64,000 bases of DNA from Octopus sinensis (lineage: Eukaryota), in assembly GCF_006345805.1 (NCBI RefSeq), contig NC_043000.1, forward strand, positions 137,392,001 through 137,456,000, given 5' to 3'. Shown here piece by piece: positions 1-13,383 of this stretch. Both the position numbers and the translations under genes were made by a program. The notes under the pieces are model-generated. The model made no database searches. It saw only the letters and a list, made by a program, of their open reading frames with translations, and had not been told where the DNA came from. How positions within the stretch are numbered: the stretch's first letter is position 1; each line of letters starts with the position of its first letter.

Positions 1-1
1 C

Positions 2-480
2 AGAACTAATAATATAATACCTGTCAGCCCCAATAACATAAACCCCACGAAGCCACACAGAACATGTGATTGTAGAATAAGTGGTAATTGTGTATTTAAA
101 AATAACTGCATTTGAAAGGAGGTAGTGTATCAATGTATAGTAAATACCCAATATGACAGCAAGGTATATGTGGGTACGACAAAAAACAATTTGAAACAGA
201 GGCTTAATTACCATAACTATACATTTAAAAAAAAATAGGAGGAATTCTACAAGTTTAAGTAGCGATAGATGGTAACTTAAGGATCGGAGAATTAACTAAT
301 TTAAATTGGAAAATATTAGCAAACGCACCAGCGTATAATATTAGAAATGAAAAATGTATGTTATGTATTAATGAAATTTTCTTTATAATTGGGGCTAAAA
401 TTCCGTTTATTAACACATTTAAGGAATTCAGCGCCTCCTGTCTTCATAAAACTGCGAACACCTTTTCCAAATACCACTAG
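2..480 (+). pseudogene. Penelope-like element GIY-YIG endonuclease C-terminal remnant (stops and frameshifts)
   Basis: Manual translation: CDCRISGNCVFKNNCI*KEVVYQCIVNTQYDSKVYVGTTKNNLKQRLNYH, then STSLS..W.LK, then WKILANAPAYNIRNEKCMLCINE..INTFKEFSASCLHK. This matches the Cys-rich VVY..YVG.T...K.R...H / CxLCxxE pattern of PLE GIY-YIG domains. Confidence 0.8.
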
Positions 481-958
481 CACTTAGTATTAAGAAAACC
501 CTATCGACATAATAATAATTATTATTCGAGTTATTATTGATGTTATACTGTATTATATAATATATGAAAATTATGCAGGTATATAAAAGAGGGTATATAT
601 TAAGTTAGCTATAATTATATGCCTGTATGTATATATGTATATATGACTAAATACTACTATTGTTGCTACAATTTATATTAATATATATGGGTATGTGTGT
701 ATATGTGAATCTATGTGCACGCACTTGTATATATATATATATTTATATATATATATATATATTTATATATGCACACACATATATATAGGTTTGGGTATGT
801 GCGTTTGTGTTTTTTGTTGAAACCTTCAAGAAATAGACATTGACTAGCTTATAATTTACATTATATTACACCCACAAGTATATAATGTAATAGCATTATC
901 TACACTTTGGACTTAATCATGGTTTTATATAAGCTAGTATGTATATAGTTATGTGTGG

Positions 959-996
<38 letters not shown>

Positions 997-1839
997 TTGT
1001 ATATATATATATATATATATATATTGTACATACATATATTTGTATATATATACAGGCATTGATATGCAACCCCATTACAGAACTAATAAATAAATAAATT
1101 GATTGATTGATTGAATATTGGACGTAAATATTTGAGTATATTATCATTATTCTAATTCTTGATTTTAATAACCTGGAGTTATCTCCCTTCATTCTACTTA
1201 TGACTTAAGCGCACCACATCCTCAACACCACTTAAATATAACATTAAAAGGAATCAATTGAATAAATAGACGGATAAATATTTTAAAGGGCTGAATGTCT
1301 GATTGGTTCATTAATTAAGTGTCTCAACACTATTACATAGAGCCTTGCATTTGAGGCATTTTGTCAGATAAAATAGATTTTAAACATAATTTTAGCGATA
1401 AATAACAATTTAGTAACATGCAGGTATATACAAAAGAGAGTATATGAGGATATATATCGAGTCGCTTCATTAATTAACTAAACACTGTTGCATGGAGCAT
1501 TGCAATTAATGTATTTTATCGGAGAATATATTTCAAACATAATTTTAGCGATAAATAACAACTTAGGGAAACAACTTCTACGGTCACTTTTGGTCTGTTG
1601 TTTCTTATTTGGATTTGGTCCGAATAACTTCCAACATATACTTTTAACACTGTATTACCCATATGGTTTAGTAAATATACAAATGATTCCCATAATTAGA
1701 CAAATACATGTTATTATATAGGGTTTTTTAAAAAAAAACTTTGTAAAACTTTATCTTTCATATGCAGTCTATTAAAATCACACCCCTTTAGTAATATCAC
1801 TTTAACCTAAAATACTAATAGATCGCCATGTTGATTCGC

Positions 1840-2031
1840 TAGCTTCTGCACGCATTTTTTTCTCTCCTTGTTTCTCTCCGTGTTTCTTTTCTGTGTATCT
1901 TTTTGTTGAAGAGCGTAGGCTCGAAACGTAAAAGACTTGTTTTATTTATATTCCTGAGCGCCATACTAATAAAATTGTTTGTTTGTATTCCACCTGCCTT
2001 CGTCTTTTGTTTAATTTCATAAAGCTTCCCG

Positions 2032-2035
<4 letters not shown>
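1840..2035 (+). mobile_element. Short PLE pLTR-like repeat with degenerate hammerhead (1898-1935), ending in (TA)n; related copy ~32100-32250
   Basis: TCTTT-TTGTTGA-A-GAGC-gtag-GCTC-GAAA-CG-TA-AAAGA. Helices I and II pair, but the core has 2 changes from CTGATGA. The downstream sequence is similar to 32160-32250. Confidence 0.5.
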
Positions 2036-2128
<93 letters not shown>

Positions 2129-2552
2129 AATTCATCTACATTTTACTTATATATTTCGTAAATTAACATAATTTAATAAAACATCATATAATAGAGTTAA
2201 GTCCCTATATTAATTTCTTTATTGATTGTTACTATCCTACCTAATAATAGTTAACCTTGGATTATTCGTTTTTATTATCGGTTATCCATTAACCAACCAT
2301 AACAAAGTCATGGCCTTTCAAAACAATAGATGACCAATTAGATTACGGGACTAACCGCAACCCTCTGCCCACATACCGCAGGGTTTCAGCAACTCAATAA
2401 ACAAAAAGTAACGGAAAATAATAAAGTATCTTGATTAACACTCGGGAATTTATTACTTTTAGTACCGACTGATATCACAAGTATTAATATAAACTCTAAA
2501 GCCACTTATTGTGGGTGTTTATCTCAAGCCCTCAATAGAAAACATATCGTAT

Positions 2553-2595
<43 letters not shown>

Positions 2596-2758
2596 TGTGT
2601 ATAATTATAATTATAATTATAAGAAAAGAAAAATAAGAACTATTATACAGTAATCTTCCCTTCGCAACTCATGAAATATGTATGTGCCTATGGGTACGTT
2701 TGTACGGAAATATATACATGCATACATAGATACATACATACATACATACATACATACA

Positions 2759-2858
<100 letters not shown>

Positions 2859-3210
2859 CACATACACACACAACACGCACACACACACGTATGTGTATTC
2901 TCATTTATATACCTTTTCATTCCTACAAAACTACAATACCCTTAAGCTAGATTGAGTATTGAAATTCCATTACTATTTCTCTTTTGATAATTTTCTCTTT
3001 TCTCTCTTTATACTTTATCTAATAAGAATAATATAATACACCTAATAATAATAATAATTCATTCCGTTGTTAGCATATACATATATATATATGAATATAT
3101 TGATACGTATTGATGTATATTTATGTATATATATGTATATATATGTATATGCTAAAGTGTGTATATATGTATGTATTTATATTTATAACTTAACATTATG
3201 AACTTTCTAA

Positions 3211-3337
3211 ACTCTCTGACGAAGCCCAGAGGTACACCTAAGTACCTTAATTTTATCTACCTAATACTTCAGTTCACTGAAGGGATGGAAGTAAAGTGGA
3301 GGTACTGTGACTTCTTGGCTGAAACAGCTGTAAGAAA
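3211..3337 (+). ncRNA. Type I hammerhead ribozyme with long helix II insertion (PLE pLTR-type)
   Basis: TCT-CTGACGA(3216-3222)-AGCC...GGCT-GAAA(3321-3324)-C-AGCT-G-TA-AGA. Intact core and palindromic helix III. A second copy of this repeat, with only the 3' half of the HHR, is at ~43097-43380 (-). Confidence 0.7.
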
Positions 3338-3563
3338 CTGTTCTACTTTCTATATTCTACGTTATATATTTTAATAATTACTGGTATTTTCATATATGTA
3401 AAGCATCATCTGTTATACACGTATGTATATTATTATAATTTTAAAAAATGAGTGTACTGGTATAATATTATGTCTAAAAATTGATGACTACCACCTCTTG
3501 ATCCCCTCCATTTTCTTAATGCCATATATATATGTATATATATATATATCGAGAGTGAGAAAG

Positions 3564-3594
<31 letters not shown>

Positions 3595-3649
3595 GAGGGG
3601 GATGGTGTTTGAAATGGTGTACAGATATTGTATGTTGAGAAAAAATGGT

Positions 3650-4110
3650 AGTCAGCATTTTGGATCAGTATTTATTAGCGCTTTCTTTCGTTTATCGAAC
3701 TCGTCAAGACAAAATCAAAATGGTAAAAACAGAACGTTTTGTTCTTCATTTATATGAATTGGATGTTCTTTTGCTTTCTTTAGAAGAGGAGAAAATATTA
3801 TGGTTATTTTGGAAAAGAAGAGAAAGAGAGAAAGAAAAGGAAAGAGGGCGGATAAAAATAGATAAAGCGGTTTCAGGACAATCAAGAAAGAAAAAAATAA
3901 TAAAGGATGGGGAAAGGATAGATTGATAGATAAATAGACAGAGAGTGAGTGAGTGAGAGAGAGAGAGAGAGAGAGTGAGAGAGAGAGAGAGAGAGAAAGA
4001 GAAAGAGAGAGATTTCTTTTCAATTTGATGTGGTCAACCCATTGAAATTTCATTACAAAGCATTTTTCTATTCTCTTCTTTTCTGCCCCATTGTATACCT
4101 ATAATCATAT
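3650..4110 (-). repeat. Dispersed repeat with internal (CT)n/CTAT-like tract; empty-site paralog of the Tx1 insertion locus
   Basis: Its reverse complement matches ~5060-5160 (AAAAATGCTTTGTAATGAAATTTCA..GACCACATCAAATTGAAAAGAAA) on one side and ~13425-13700 (TTTCTTGATTGTCCTGAAAC..TTTTGATTTTGTCTTGACGAGT) on the other. Confidence 0.75.
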
Positions 4111-5165
4111 TTGTAAATAAGCACATTTTCTCACAAGGGCTGGTGACCTTTCAAGATGTCAATTTTAGGAAGTAGGATGGGTTAGATAAGAAAAGAGGGG
4201 AGGGTGCGGTCATTAATTAGAAAATAATAGTTCAAAGTTCAAAGTCCTATGAAAATGTATTTTTCTTTACACTTGTATAGTCAAATCCCATATTCTGTGT
4301 AATTCCATATTTTCTCGAACAAACATTAAATATAGTACAACATTCATAAATTAAGAAAATAATGTCAGAATATAAAAACATAAGTTGAGTTCGGTACTGT
4401 TTATAATTCAATCTATTCTCTATGTACATTTAATCAAATATCATAAATGCGTTTTGTAATTACATATATATTGTATATTTAGCTGGAAGCCAATCTGTAG
4501 CATATAAATTATATAACAAAGCAGGCCTGCTTAAATATATTGAGTATCTTTCATCCTTTTGTAGGATTTCTTTTTCTTTTTTTTACTCGCTTGGATAAGA
4601 TAATTCGAAAGAGATCTTTTTCACAAGTTACTTTGCCAAGTAGCTACATTATATATCTTTCCTAACCAGTGGATCTAGTATTCTTTCTTGGGTGTATGTA
4701 AGCTCTATAAGAACAACAGTCGTTAAAATCCCAATGTTATACATCTATATCTGATCATTTATAGAGATGTGTATCACGTTATTAACATTGGAGCTACATT
4801 CAGAAACAACAGTAACAGTGTAATATAAATGTTTTCTTTTCATCTATCACTATTGCTATTAAAACATTGATAATAAGGTGGTAAAATGAAGCTTTCTTGA
4901 CAGACACCGAAACCATCTGGCATGCATTCATGTCACCTTACATGGTAAGTGAATATTGTTAGACAGCAATAGACAGTAATATGGCGTTAAAAATATGTTG
5001 ATAGGTATTCATGTTGATGAGAAAGGAAAGAAGAGAAAAAGGAAGAAAGAATCAAAGGAAAGAAAAACAAAAATGCTTTGTAATGAAATTTCAGAGGGTG
5101 GACCACATCAAATTGAAAAGAAACCTCACTCACTCTCTCTCTCTCTCTCGTTTTCCCTCTCTCCG

Positions 5166-5524
<359 letters not shown>

Positions 5525-6570
5525 CTACTCTCACAATGGACGGACGCTAGTCATATCGGCTCCACGTAAGTTGGCCACTTTTACATGTTTAAAACTCCTT
5601 GTTGTCAAATATTTTGTTTTAATCGTTGTGCAAGTTCATTCACTAAAAAACCTGAGAATTATTCACGTAGAATTCCGCCCCTGTATGGGCGAAATTACAA
5701 AAAAACTTTCAAAACTTTCGTGGGTTTTTTAGCCATTTTTCATTTTGAAAATGGCAACTAGAAACCACGTGGCTAGCCCGCCAGTCATGCAGAACGGTAG
5801 CAAAACACTATTGCTACCACTAGCTGCTAAACATCGCAGCGTGAACACCGCTGTCACCACCATCACCACCACCAACAACAACAACAACAAATCTAACGTC
5901 GCATTCACCATCGCCGCGACCAAAGACATTAACTTAGATTTCCCCTCACTCCCCACACCACTTGTTGATGATAAAGGGACAGAGAAAGGGATTTCAAAAA
6001 TGAATACAAACGAAAACATGAATGCCAGCACCACCACCATCACCACCAACAACAACAACAACGAAATTGGCACAAAGCCGCCTACAAACAAAGACCACAC
6101 CCCGCCAACACCACTACTACGACGTCAAATGCTACATCCAAGCCTTCTGCTGCTAATACCGCCAACACCAACACCACTACCATGACTTCAATTAACACTG
6201 CCACAATTAACACTTCTACTGCCAAATTCAAAACGAATTTTGCGGACGTAACAAAACAAAAAAGAACAATTGTAACATTCACCACACAAGAGATAAACCG
6301 CACAAAGGCACTCTTCTCCAAAGAAGGAGACAAATTGCACCTTCATATTCCACAACACATCGTGGAAAACACACAAAAAAAAACAATAATTTATAAAGTA
6401 ATAAACAAAAAAACAAGAAGAACAGAAAATGCACCGCAGGAAAAAATCGATAAATGCCTTCGTCCTGTATGGGACTCCAAGGAATATATCAGTTGGGGAA
6501 ACAAATTTGGTACAGTCCAAGTACGTTTCCTCAACGAAAGTTTAGCAAAACGTTTTTCCACATTGGAGCT
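5525..6570 (+). mobile_element. Duplicated 5' fragment of the Tx1 element (5' UTR and N-terminal ORF1)
   Basis: Same sequence as 7306-8342. ORFs 5745-6185 and 6182-6589 encode the ORF1 N-terminus (MATRNHVAS..., ...WGNKFGTVQVRFLNESLAKRFSTLELHS). Confidence 0.85.
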
Positions 6571-6935
6571 ACATTCAGAACAACAGTAACAGTTGTAATA
6601 TAAATGGTTTCTTTTCATCTATCACTATTGCTATTAAAACATGATAATAAGGTGGTAAAATGAAGCTTTCTGACAGACACCGAAACATCTGGCATGCATT
6701 CATGTCACCTTACATGGTAAGTGAATATTGTTAGACAGCATAGACAGTAATATGGCGTTAAAAATATGTTTAGGTATTCATGTTGATGAGAAAGGAAAGA
6801 AGAGAAAAGGAAGAAAGAATCAAAGGAAAGAAAAACAAAAATGCTTTGTAAGAAATTTCAGAGGTGGACCACATCAAATTGAAAGAACCTCAACACTCAC
6901 TCATCTCTCTCTCGTCTCTCGTTTCCCGCTCTCCG

Positions 6936-7013
<78 letters not shown>

Positions 7014-7053
7014 GATCGATCTATCTATTCTCTATCTATCTATCTATCTATCG

Positions 7054-7088
<35 letters not shown>

Positions 7089-7140
7089 GATCGATCTATC
7101 TATCTATCTATCTTCTATCTATCTATCTATCTATCTATCG

Positions 7141-7174
<34 letters not shown>

Positions 7175-7176
7175 TC

Positions 7177-7227
<51 letters not shown>

Positions 7228-7244
7228 ATCTATCTATCTATCTT

Positions 7245-7281
<37 letters not shown>

Positions 7282-7533
7282 ATCTATCTATCTATCTATC
7301 TATCTCTACTCTCACAATGACGGACGCTAGTCATATCGGCTCCACGTAAGTTGCCACTTTTACATGTTTAAAACTCCTTGTTGTTCAAATATTTTGTTTT
7401 AATCGTTGTGCAAGTTCATTCACTAAAAAACCTGAGAATTATTCACGTAGAATTCCGCCCCTGTATGGGCGAAATTACAAAAAAAAAACTTTCAAAACTT
7501 TCGTGGGTTTTTTAGCCATTTTTCATTTTGAAA

Positions 7534-9527
7534 ATGGCAACTAGAAACCACGTGGCTAGCCCGCCAGTCATGCAGACGGTAGCAAAACACTATTGCTACC
7601 ACTAGCTGCTAAACATCGCAGCGTGAACACCGCTGTCACCACCATCACCACCACCAACAACAACAACAACAAATCTAACGTCGCATTCACCATCGCCGCG
7701 ACCAAAGACATTAACTTAGATTTCCCCTCACTCCCCACACCACTTGTTGATGATAAAGGGACAGAGAAAGGGATTTCAAAAATGAATACAACGAAAACAT
7801 GAATGCCAGCACACCACCATCCACCACCAACAACAACAACAACGAAATTGGCACAAAGCCGCCTACCAAGACAACCCCGCCAACACCACTACTACGACGT
7901 CAAATGCTACATCCAAGCCTTCTGCTGCTAATACGCCAACACCAACCCCACTACCACGACTTCAATTAACACTGCCACCAATTAACACTTACTGCCAAAT
8001 TCAAAACGAATTTTGCGGACGTAACAAAACAAAAAAGAACAATTGTAACATTCACCACACAAGAGATAAAAACCGCACAAAGGCACTCTTCTCCAAGAAG
8101 GAGACAAATTGCACCTTCATATTCCACAACACATCGTGGAAAACACACAAAAAAAAACAATAATTTATAAAGTAATAAACAAAAAACAAGAAGAACAGAA
8201 AAATGCACGCAGGAAAAAATCGATAAATGCCTTCGTCCTGCATGGGACTCCAAGGAATATATCAGTTGGGGAAACAAATTTGGTACAGTCCAAGTACGTT
8301 TCCTCACGAAAGTTTAGCAAAACGTTTTTCCACATTGGAGCTGCATTCGGACGACTTGGTAATGATACCAGTCTATTTAAACAAAAGGGTCACGAAAGTC
8401 CAAATAAAAAACATACCATTTGATGTCGAAACACAATGGTTGGTCTCTGCCATCTGCTTTGAAATGTCAGAGACAATGTCAGAGACAAACATCCTGGAAA
8501 TCGCGGTTCTAGGAGAGAAAGACTATGTGGGCAAATCAATCGAATTCCTGCTTCAATTGGATGAAGCAGCAAGAGAGAAGATACCCACCGCTATAGAACT
8601 GCCAGGAGGCTACAAACTCTATATAGTGGTAGAGGGCAGGCGACCACGCTGCTATTTGTGTGGAAGCGAAACACACTTGAAAAAGACGTGCCCAACCACT
8701 GCACACCAAGAGCAACAACAACAACCACTACCACAACCAAAGCACTCCGGAAAAAAAGCTCTACTACCCACACCACCATCAACACAGAAGACGACAAGAG
8801 AAGCACACCAAGCTAATCCGTCATCAACCAAAAACCACTCGACACCTGAAAAAATACCAACACACCATCAACAGCAAAACCCAAAGGAACAGAAAAACAA
8901 AGAAAACACACACAAACTGATCCCCCATCCCTTATACCGCACTCAACACACACAAACACTCAACACCAACAACAACAACGAAAACAACAACACAACCACT
9001 TACACAGACATACATAGAAGCCCACAACATACCCCTACCCCCTTCTGATTCCTCAGAAATTTCGTCGGAAGACGAAACCAGTGAGGAATGGCAAATAGCT
9101 ACAAAAGAAGGAAAATAAAGAGCAGAAACACAACCAAACCAAATGCAAACACGAACAAAGCAGGGGGAAATACATCTCCCGAAGACATTTCAAAACCCAA
9201 CGCAAACAACAGCCACACCAACACCACAAAAACATATACAGCAAACATGCTCACAGCATAGACACCAAAAACACAAATTTGATGGAATACATCCAATCAA
9301 AAACAAACATAACAGAAGATGACATAAAAACAAACAATCACCCATACACAACACCACCAGACCACATCAAAATATACACATCTCCAAAAGTCTGCACCAC
9401 ACACTCAAAGGCATTTTCCCCAGTGCGGTTGGTAAATGCCAAAAATATCTCACAAAGAAACTGTACTGGGATCTTCTCGAGGACAAACCAACGGAGGAGA
9501 AAGCAAAAACTTTCGAGCAGTAAGTAA
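7534..9527 (+). pseudogene. Tx1 ORF1 (gag-like nucleic-acid-binding protein, CCHC zinc knuckle), frameshifted
   Basis: ATG at 7534. ORF 8227-9048 contains VEGRRPRCYLCGSETHLKKTCP (CX2CX4HX4C), flanked by T/N/Q-rich low-complexity regions. Several 1-bp indels. Confidence 0.8.
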
Positions 9528-9554
9528 CCCTCTGTATTCTAATTCATTAGAACT

Positions 9555-12500
9555 ATGATCAAGATTGGTTGTGTAAATGCGCGTGGCTTGGGGTCCCCTT
9601 GGAAACAAGGGTACCTCTTAAATGACATAAAGTCACATAAGTTAGAAATCATAGCCATAAGCGAGACCAGACTCCACAATCCGCGGGCCCTAAAGACCAT
9701 GTTTGGCGGACAGTTCAACATTTATTTTTCCCCCTGTCTGCCGAGAATGGGCGGTAGTGGCACCGCGGTACTTTTTCACAAGAGTCTGGATCTCAATGTA
9801 AGGACAATATTCGTAGACTGGTCGTCCTGGATGTCGACGGCAGCAATGGGTGCGCTTTTCGACTCGTATCAGTTTACGCACCGCCCTTAACAGGTCGGGC
9901 GGATTTCTTTCAACGTCTAGAAGTTTTCTTGGGAACGTCTCGTCCTTTACTCTTAGTGGGGGATTGGAATGCTACCTTGGACACGCATGTAGACTACGTG
10001 GGTAGAGATAGGAATAGACGGGATGCAAATGCCTCAGAGACCTGCTCAGACGCTTTCAACTGTCTGACAGGTTCCGACTAGACCACCCGAATGCGCCAAC
10101 GTGGACATGGAGCAACCGCATCGGGTCGTCGAGATCGTATCTAGATAGGATACTGTGTAGGACAGTAGATAGAGATAGCATAGGATGTCCACAATTCCAC
10201 ATAGTCAGCTACACGGATCACAAACTTGTGACATGTACGCTAGACTTAGGTAAGACACTTAGGCAGGGTCCCGGATACTGGAAACTAAACGCGTCTTTCC
10301 CATCGAGACAAGTTTTCAGAGACCGGATTAGCACACTAGTAAAGAGGGCTTTGACGGGAGCCATCATCAACAACAAATGGTGGTTTGCCCTCAAGAGAGC
10401 AGTAAAAGCAGAAGCGATTAGGTACAGCAAAGCACTAGCCATAGATAGAAATAGAGTAGAGGGTGAGCTAGTTAAGAAGCTAGAAGAGGCAATTAGAAGC
10501 GGCATCGCATCCGACGTTTTGGCGGCGAGGTTGGCCCTCGACCAACACTTCAACGCCAAACACGAAGGATGTGCTGTCAGAGCTAGGATGCGTGCTCTAA
10601 GGAACGAAGGTGTTGGAGCCGCGAGAGAGGCCCGGGTGGCAGAGGCGCAACAGGGCAACAAAGCCACCATTCGGTCACTGGTAGATGAACAGGGGCGCGA
10701 ATTGCTCGAGCCAAGTAAAATGTGTGAGGCCTTTCAGCAGCATTTTGCCCGACTGTTCGGAACGAGTGGAGGGCAAGAACGTAGGGTGGACTTCAGTGCC
10801 TACCTACATAGCCTACCACGACTCTCGACAAGAAAGGCAGGGTGCTGCGAAGGTGCCATCACGGCGGCGGAAGTGCGGGAAGCGATGGCAGAATGCTCGA
10901 GGGACAAATCACCGGGTTTGGATGGTCTACCCTACGAGCTTTACAATTGTATGCCAGACTTGTTTGGAGATCTCTTGGCGGCGGTGTACTGCAACTGGCA
11001 GCAAAACGGGAGCATTCCTGGTTTTGTGAGCCGAGGAGCCGTAACACTGCTGAAGAAAGATCTAAACAAGGGAAATGTAATAGATAACTTTAGGCCCATC
11101 ACTCTGCTTAATGCAGACTTGAAAATTTTGGCCAAGGTGCTAGCCAAGAGGTTGGCGCTTGTCATCGAGAAACTGGTCGACAAGGCGCAAACATGCGCCG
11201 TGCCAGGCCGGACCATCCATGACAACCTCCATCTGATGCGCTACATCATAGACAGGGTAGTTAACGAACCTGGCATGGGTGGGGCCCTGATCAACTTGGA
11301 TCAATCGAAAGCCTTTGATAGGGTAGACCATCGATACTTGGAGGCAGTCCTGAGAGCGGCTGGTTTCGGTCCCGTCTTCCGCGGCTGGATAGCTGCCTTG
11401 TACAGAGGCATCCGTTCGGTAATTCGCGTAAATGGACATCTATCGAGACCTTTCGACATTGCACGTTCGGTCCGTCAGGGATGCCCCCTCTCGGCGCTTC
11501 TATACGTATTGACTCTTGAGCCACTACTGCGGAAGCTGGCGACTCTAAGGGGCATCCCGCGAGAATTGGGATGCGGGACGAGCGTGTCTGCATACGCGGA
11601 CGACGTCACCGTCATAGTGTCTAGCCACGAGCACATCGAGCTGGTCGGCGAGACACTGAAAAACTACGAAGCGGTGACAGGAGCGAAAATCAACCGGGAA
11701 AAGTCAGTGGGCTTGCGACTAGGCACCTGGAGAAGCAAGCCCATGCCGTCCACCAGCGCCTCCGTCGTGGGACGCTGGACCGACGGCCCGGTTGAGTTGC
11801 TCGGGGTCTGGTTTGGTCCGGACCTCCAAGTGGAGAAGAACTGGAACGAGATAACGAGTAGGGTGGTCACTCTCGCCCGGCAATGGGCCGAGAGGAAACT
11901 GTCCCTAAAAGGTCGAGCGGAGGTGGCGAACACGTACATCGCGTCCGTCATCTACTACCGCCTGACCGTCGTACCTTGTCCCGACCCTACCATCACCAAA
12001 CTACAACGCATCCTCTTTCGCTTCTTGTGGAAAGGATGCGTCCCGATGGTCAGGCGATCCATTTGCTGTCAACACCCGTTAAAAGGAGGGCTGGGCATGC
12101 CGTGGTTGATGATGCGCAGACACGCGCTGAGACTGCGACATCTCTGGCTCTATGTAGACGACGGTGAACAGGTGTGGTCGCCGTTTGTGAGGCACGCTTT
12201 CCCGCAGCTCGTCTCCATGACCGAACTGCAGTCGTGGATCAAAAAGAGGCCGAGGAAGGGCGAATGGCACCGCGAGTGTCGCGTTGCTCTCAAGCAACTC
12301 TGCCGTCCTGGGTCGACCTTAAGTGACTTCAACACAACCAAAGCATTCTATAGGGGTTTAGTGGAGGGGAGGTACGACGACGAGCTCGGGGCGAACCTGG
12401 ACGTCGACGAGGAGTACCTGACCCGCCTGTTCGGGACGACTTTCGGGCCAGGGCCCATGGACAACTTCCAGAGATCCCTGGCCTGGCAGTGCTACCGAGA

Positions 12501-12978
12501 AGCGCTACCCGTTCGGGATAAGCTCTACAGACACGGCTCGAGAAACACGGGGCCGACCTGCCCGAGATGCGGTCAGAGCGACGAAACCGTTCTGCACGCA
12601 CTCGTTCAGTGTCCAACAATTTCCGACCTGTGGGCTTATGTCGAACAACTGCTGTCACGTGTTGGACGAGTCGGTTTATCAGCTGAGTCTATCGTCAATA
12701 TTGTCACGCCTCCTTCCTTCAAACGGGAAGGAAGAGCTATTTTCATCATCCTTGTGGCTATGGCGAAAGAATGTATCTGGTGGACGCGTCTGAAAGGATT
12801 GGAGACAAACACTTTCCTCTCTGGTCAATCTCTCATCAACTTCTTCAAGTACCACTTGAAAAGGAAAGTGAGAGTAGAGAGGCAAGTTTTGTCTAGCGAA
12901 TGTTTTAAAAAAAGATGGGTGAATGTAGCAAGAATGGCACGTATGAATGACGAAGCCACCTTGAGCATAGTCCTATGA
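9555..12978 (+). CDS. Tx1 ORF2: APE endonuclease, reverse transcriptase and C-terminal zinc finger; two frameshifts in the APE part (~9815, ~10022), open from ~10024 to the stop
   Basis: APE motifs: MIKIGCVNARGL, ISETRL, VGDWNA, WTWSN, YLDRI, YTDH. RT motifs: NFRPITLLNADLKILAK, DQSKAFDRVDH, VRQGCPLS, YADD. Zinc finger: CPRCGQSDETVLHALVQC. The 916-aa ORF 10228-12978 is uninterrupted. Confidence 0.93.
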
Positions 12979-13383
12979 ACCCAGAAATCGTAAACAGAGA
13001 GTTGCTTATTTGCAAAAAAAAAAAAAAAAAAAAAAAAGAAATATAAAATGTGACTTCATTGACCGAGGTTACCGTGGTCTTTTCCGTAGGCTTTTCTTTC
13101 CACGGGTAAACCTCACCTGTCCTCCCCTTTACACTTCATATTGACATTTCTGTGATAACGATCCCTATTGATCAATTTTTTTTTTCCTCTCCCCCTTTTT
13201 TTTTTTTTTTTAACCCCCCTTTTTTTGTCCTCTTTCTCTCCTTTTACGATCCCTTTTGATCGAAACTCCCCCTTCTTTTTTTTTTTTTTTTTTTTTTTTA
13301 AACCTTCAAAAGAAAAGCTCTACCTTGTAATTTGTTCTATCTGTGTGCAGCCCTGTGTGGCTAATAAAGAAACATATCTATCG

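Larger units (their letters stand above)
7306..13375 (+). mobile_element. Near full-length Tx1/L1-clade non-LTR retrotransposon inserted in (CTAT)n
   Basis: 5' UTR, CCHC ORF1, APE-RT-zinc-finger ORF2, and a 3' UTR with AATAAA (13363-13368) ending GAAACAT directly in ATCT repeats. CTAT tracts lie on both sides. Confidence 0.92.

Noticed and set aside
1100-1830. Possible second GIY-YIG remnant on the minus strand (GDNSRLLKSRI, CDRRSC)
   Set aside because: The similarity is too fragmentary to support by eye.
2330-2400. GAAA-CCCT...AGGG-TT helix III-like hairpin on the minus strand
   Set aside because: No CTGANGA core or helix I partner found upstream.
10218-12885. Antisense and alternative-frame ORFs overlapping Tx1 ORF2
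   Set aside because: Expected shadows of a GC-rich coding strand; no motifs.
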